DNA from: Polaribacter sp.
Lineage (GTDB): Bacteria > Pseudomonadota > Gammaproteobacteria > GCA-001735895
Assembly: GCA_047615545.1 (NCBI GenBank)
Contig: JBLHID010000003.1
Coordinates: forward strand, 1-53,374
Direction of reading: 5' to 3'
Length of the DNA stretch: 53,374 nt
Numbering within the stretch: position 1 is the stretch's first letter; each line of letters begins with the position of its first letter. The notes under the pieces were generated by a model, which made no database searches, was not told the DNA's origin, and saw only the letters and a list, made by a program, of their open reading frames with translations. Both the position numbers and the translations under genes were made by a program. Below, piece by piece: positions 51,595-53,374 of the stretch.

Positions 51595-53139
51595 ATGGCT
51601 AAAGCGACCCAGGTTATGGCACGACAACAGTTTTTGGAAAGAGTACTCACGGCAAGAGTGTACGATGTTGCACGCGAAACATCCTTAGACTACATGGGAC
51701 GAATTTCGAACCGGAATGGTAATAAAATATGGCTTAAGCGAGAAGATTTACAACCAGTATTCTCTTTTAAGATTCGGGGCGCATTTAATAAAATATACTT
51801 AATGCTAAAAGCTAACCCAGAGTTATCTGGTGTTATTACAGCTTCCGCAGGGAACCATGCACAGGGAGTTGCGCTGTCAGCCAAGAAACTGGGCCTTAAA
51901 GCCATAATTGTGATGCCAGTAACAACGCCAGACATAAAAGTATCAGCAGTTAAAAGCTACGGTGCTAAAGCGATACTGTATGGCGAGAACTTTGATGCTG
52001 CAAAAAAATATGCATTAGAAATGTCTTCAAAAGAAGGATTAGCTTTTATTCATCCATTTGATGATGTGGATGTGATAGCAGGGCAGGCAACCATAGCCCA
52101 CGAAATCATTCGACAGCATCCTGATCATATCGATGCCATTTTTGTACCCGTGGGTGGTGGTGGATTAGCCGCCGGCATTGCTGGCTTTGTAAAGGCCGTT
52201 AGACCTGAAATTAAGATCATTACAGTAGAACCAGCGGACTCGGCCTGTTTTTATGAAGCGCGAAAGGCTGGCCGTCGAGTGATTTTAAAAGAAGTGGGTA
52301 CATTTGCCGATGGTGTTGCTGTAAAGCAGGTTGGTAAACATACATTTGCGATGCTCAAAAATTTTGCAGATGACGCTATAACGGTCACTACTGATCAAAT
52401 CTGTGCCGCTATTAAAGATACTTTTGAAGATACTCGTGCGATATGTGAACCAGCTGGTGCCGTGTCGCTGGCTGGGCTTAAAAAGTATGCCGACCTGCAT
52501 GGTTTGAATGGACAAACTCTTATTGCCATTAACTGTGGCGCTAACATGAATTTTGATCGTTTGCGCCACGTTGCTGAACGTGCAGAAATAGGTGAGGATC
52601 GAGAAGCGTTGCTCGCGGTGGAAATTCCTGAGCGTCCTGGGAGCTTTAAAGAGTTTTGCCAGTTAATCGGTAAACGTTCTATTACTGAGTTTAACTATCG
52701 TTATTCTGATGCCAGTCGAGCGCGTGTTTTTGCAGGTATTCAACTCAGTAAGGGCACTGATGAAAAAAACCAATTTATCGAAAAATTAATAACTCATGGC
52801 TACTCCGTGGTAGATATGACACAAAATGAAGTGGCCAAGTTACATACTCGTTATATGGTAGGCGGGCATCCGGGTGGTGGTGTGAATAACGAAGTGCTAT
52901 ATCGCTTTCAGTTCCCAGAAAAGCCAGGCGCCCTATTAGATTTTTTAATGAAGATGGGCAAAAAGTGGAATATCAGTTTGTTTCATTATCGTAATCACGG
53001 CTCGAATTTTGGCCGCATACTGATGGGTTTTCAGGTTGATAAGAAAGACTATAAAGCGTTTAACAAATTTTTAGCGGGCTTGAATATTCCACATTGGAAT
53101 GAAACTGAAAACGATGCCTATCAATTGTTTTTAAAGTAA
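51595..53139 (+). CDS. ilvA: Biosynthetic threonine deaminase (start may be ATG 51616)
   Basis: KREDLQPVFSFKIRGA, ASAGNHAQG, VGGGGL, and two ACT-like domains (IPERPGSF, FPEKPGAL, WNISLFHYRNHG). Confidence 0.98.
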   Translation: MAKATQVMARQQFLERVLTARVYDVARETSLDYMGRISNRNGNKIWLKREDLQPVFSFKIRGAFNKIYLMLKANPELSGVITASAGNHAQGVALSAKKLGLKAIIVMPVTTPDIKVSAVKSYGAKAILYGENFDAAKKYALEMSSKEGLAFIHPFDDVDVIAGQATIAHEIIRQHPDHIDAIFVPVGGGGLAAGIAGFVKAVRPEIKIITVEPADSACFYEARKAGRRVILKEVGTFADGVAVKQVGKHTFAMLKNFADDAITVTTDQICAAIKDTFEDTRAICEPAGAVSLAGLKKYADLHGLNGQTLIAINCGANMNFDRLRHVAERAEIGEDREALLAVEIPERPGSFKEFCQLIGKRSITEFNYRYSDASRARVFAGIQLSKGTDEKNQFIEKLITHGYSVVDMTQNEVAKLHTRYMVGGHPGGGVNNEVLYRFQFPEKPGALLDFLMKMGKKWNISLFHYRNHGSNFGRILMGFQVDKKDYKAFNKFLAGLNIPHWNETENDAYQLFLK

Positions 53140-53253
53140 ATCAATGTCGACTTGAAGTTACTTCTGAGAGGGATTAGCTTAAGTGACTGAAATTTATGAT
53201 GAAATTGAACCAGAAGATGTTAATCGACTAGAGAGAGTCGTTTAAACAGAATA

Positions 53254-53374
53254 CCAACCACGATGCCGTCGCAAATCTATCAACCTTGAACCAAAGGTTC
53301 AGGTGGGGTTATTGACAACCTCATCAGGCTTCCCGACGAATCGGGCATGCACACCGGCGTTGTACGAAAGACCC
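53254..53374 (-). ncRNA. ssrS: 6S RNA, 3' portion (5' end outside the window)
   Basis: Minus strand GGTGTGCATGCCCGATTCGTCGGGAAGCC...CACCTGAACCTTTGGTTCAAGG...TGCGACGGCATC aligns with recalled E. coli 6S (GGTGAGCATGCTCGGTCCGTCCGAGAAGCC...CACCTTGAACCAAGGGTTCAAGG...TGCGGCGGCATC). The neighbourhood next to ilvA/rpiA fits. Confidence 0.88.

Overview
A core chromosomal segment from a moderate-GC Gammaproteobacterium, probably marine (inferred from gene content). Housekeeping blocks: rsmE-metK, tkt-pgk-pyk, rarD-bioD, rapA, ahcY, purC/purEK, rpe-gph-trpL-trpEGDC, crp(vfr)/yhfA, coq7, rplM-rpsI, rpiA/ilvA, and the 3' part of 6S RNA at the right edge. Non-routine content: (1) a decaying Pil-Chp chemosensory locus with an internally deleted, kinase-less chpA and a pseudogenised chpC; (2) an integrase-less integron remnant after rapA (GNAT cassette with complementary core sites and an attC, plus a second cassette) cut by a deleted RAYT-like HUH transposase element with inverted repeats; (3) a LysR-controlled putative lysine catabolic operon (gcdH, fused E1 alpha/beta ThDP enzyme, FabD-like acyltransferase lacking the malonyl-binding Arg, lysine/saccharopine dehydrogenase) with no E2/E3, the best candidate for an undescribed enzyme system; (4) a DmdA-paralogue/OsmC/enoyl-CoA hydratase/DmdB-like ligase cluster; (5) a shared 20-bp palindrome upstream of metK and ahcY; (6) a WRW trp leader peptide; (7) a modular MITE family and several pseudogenes. 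All calls are from reading the sequence and recalled family motifs. No searches were run.
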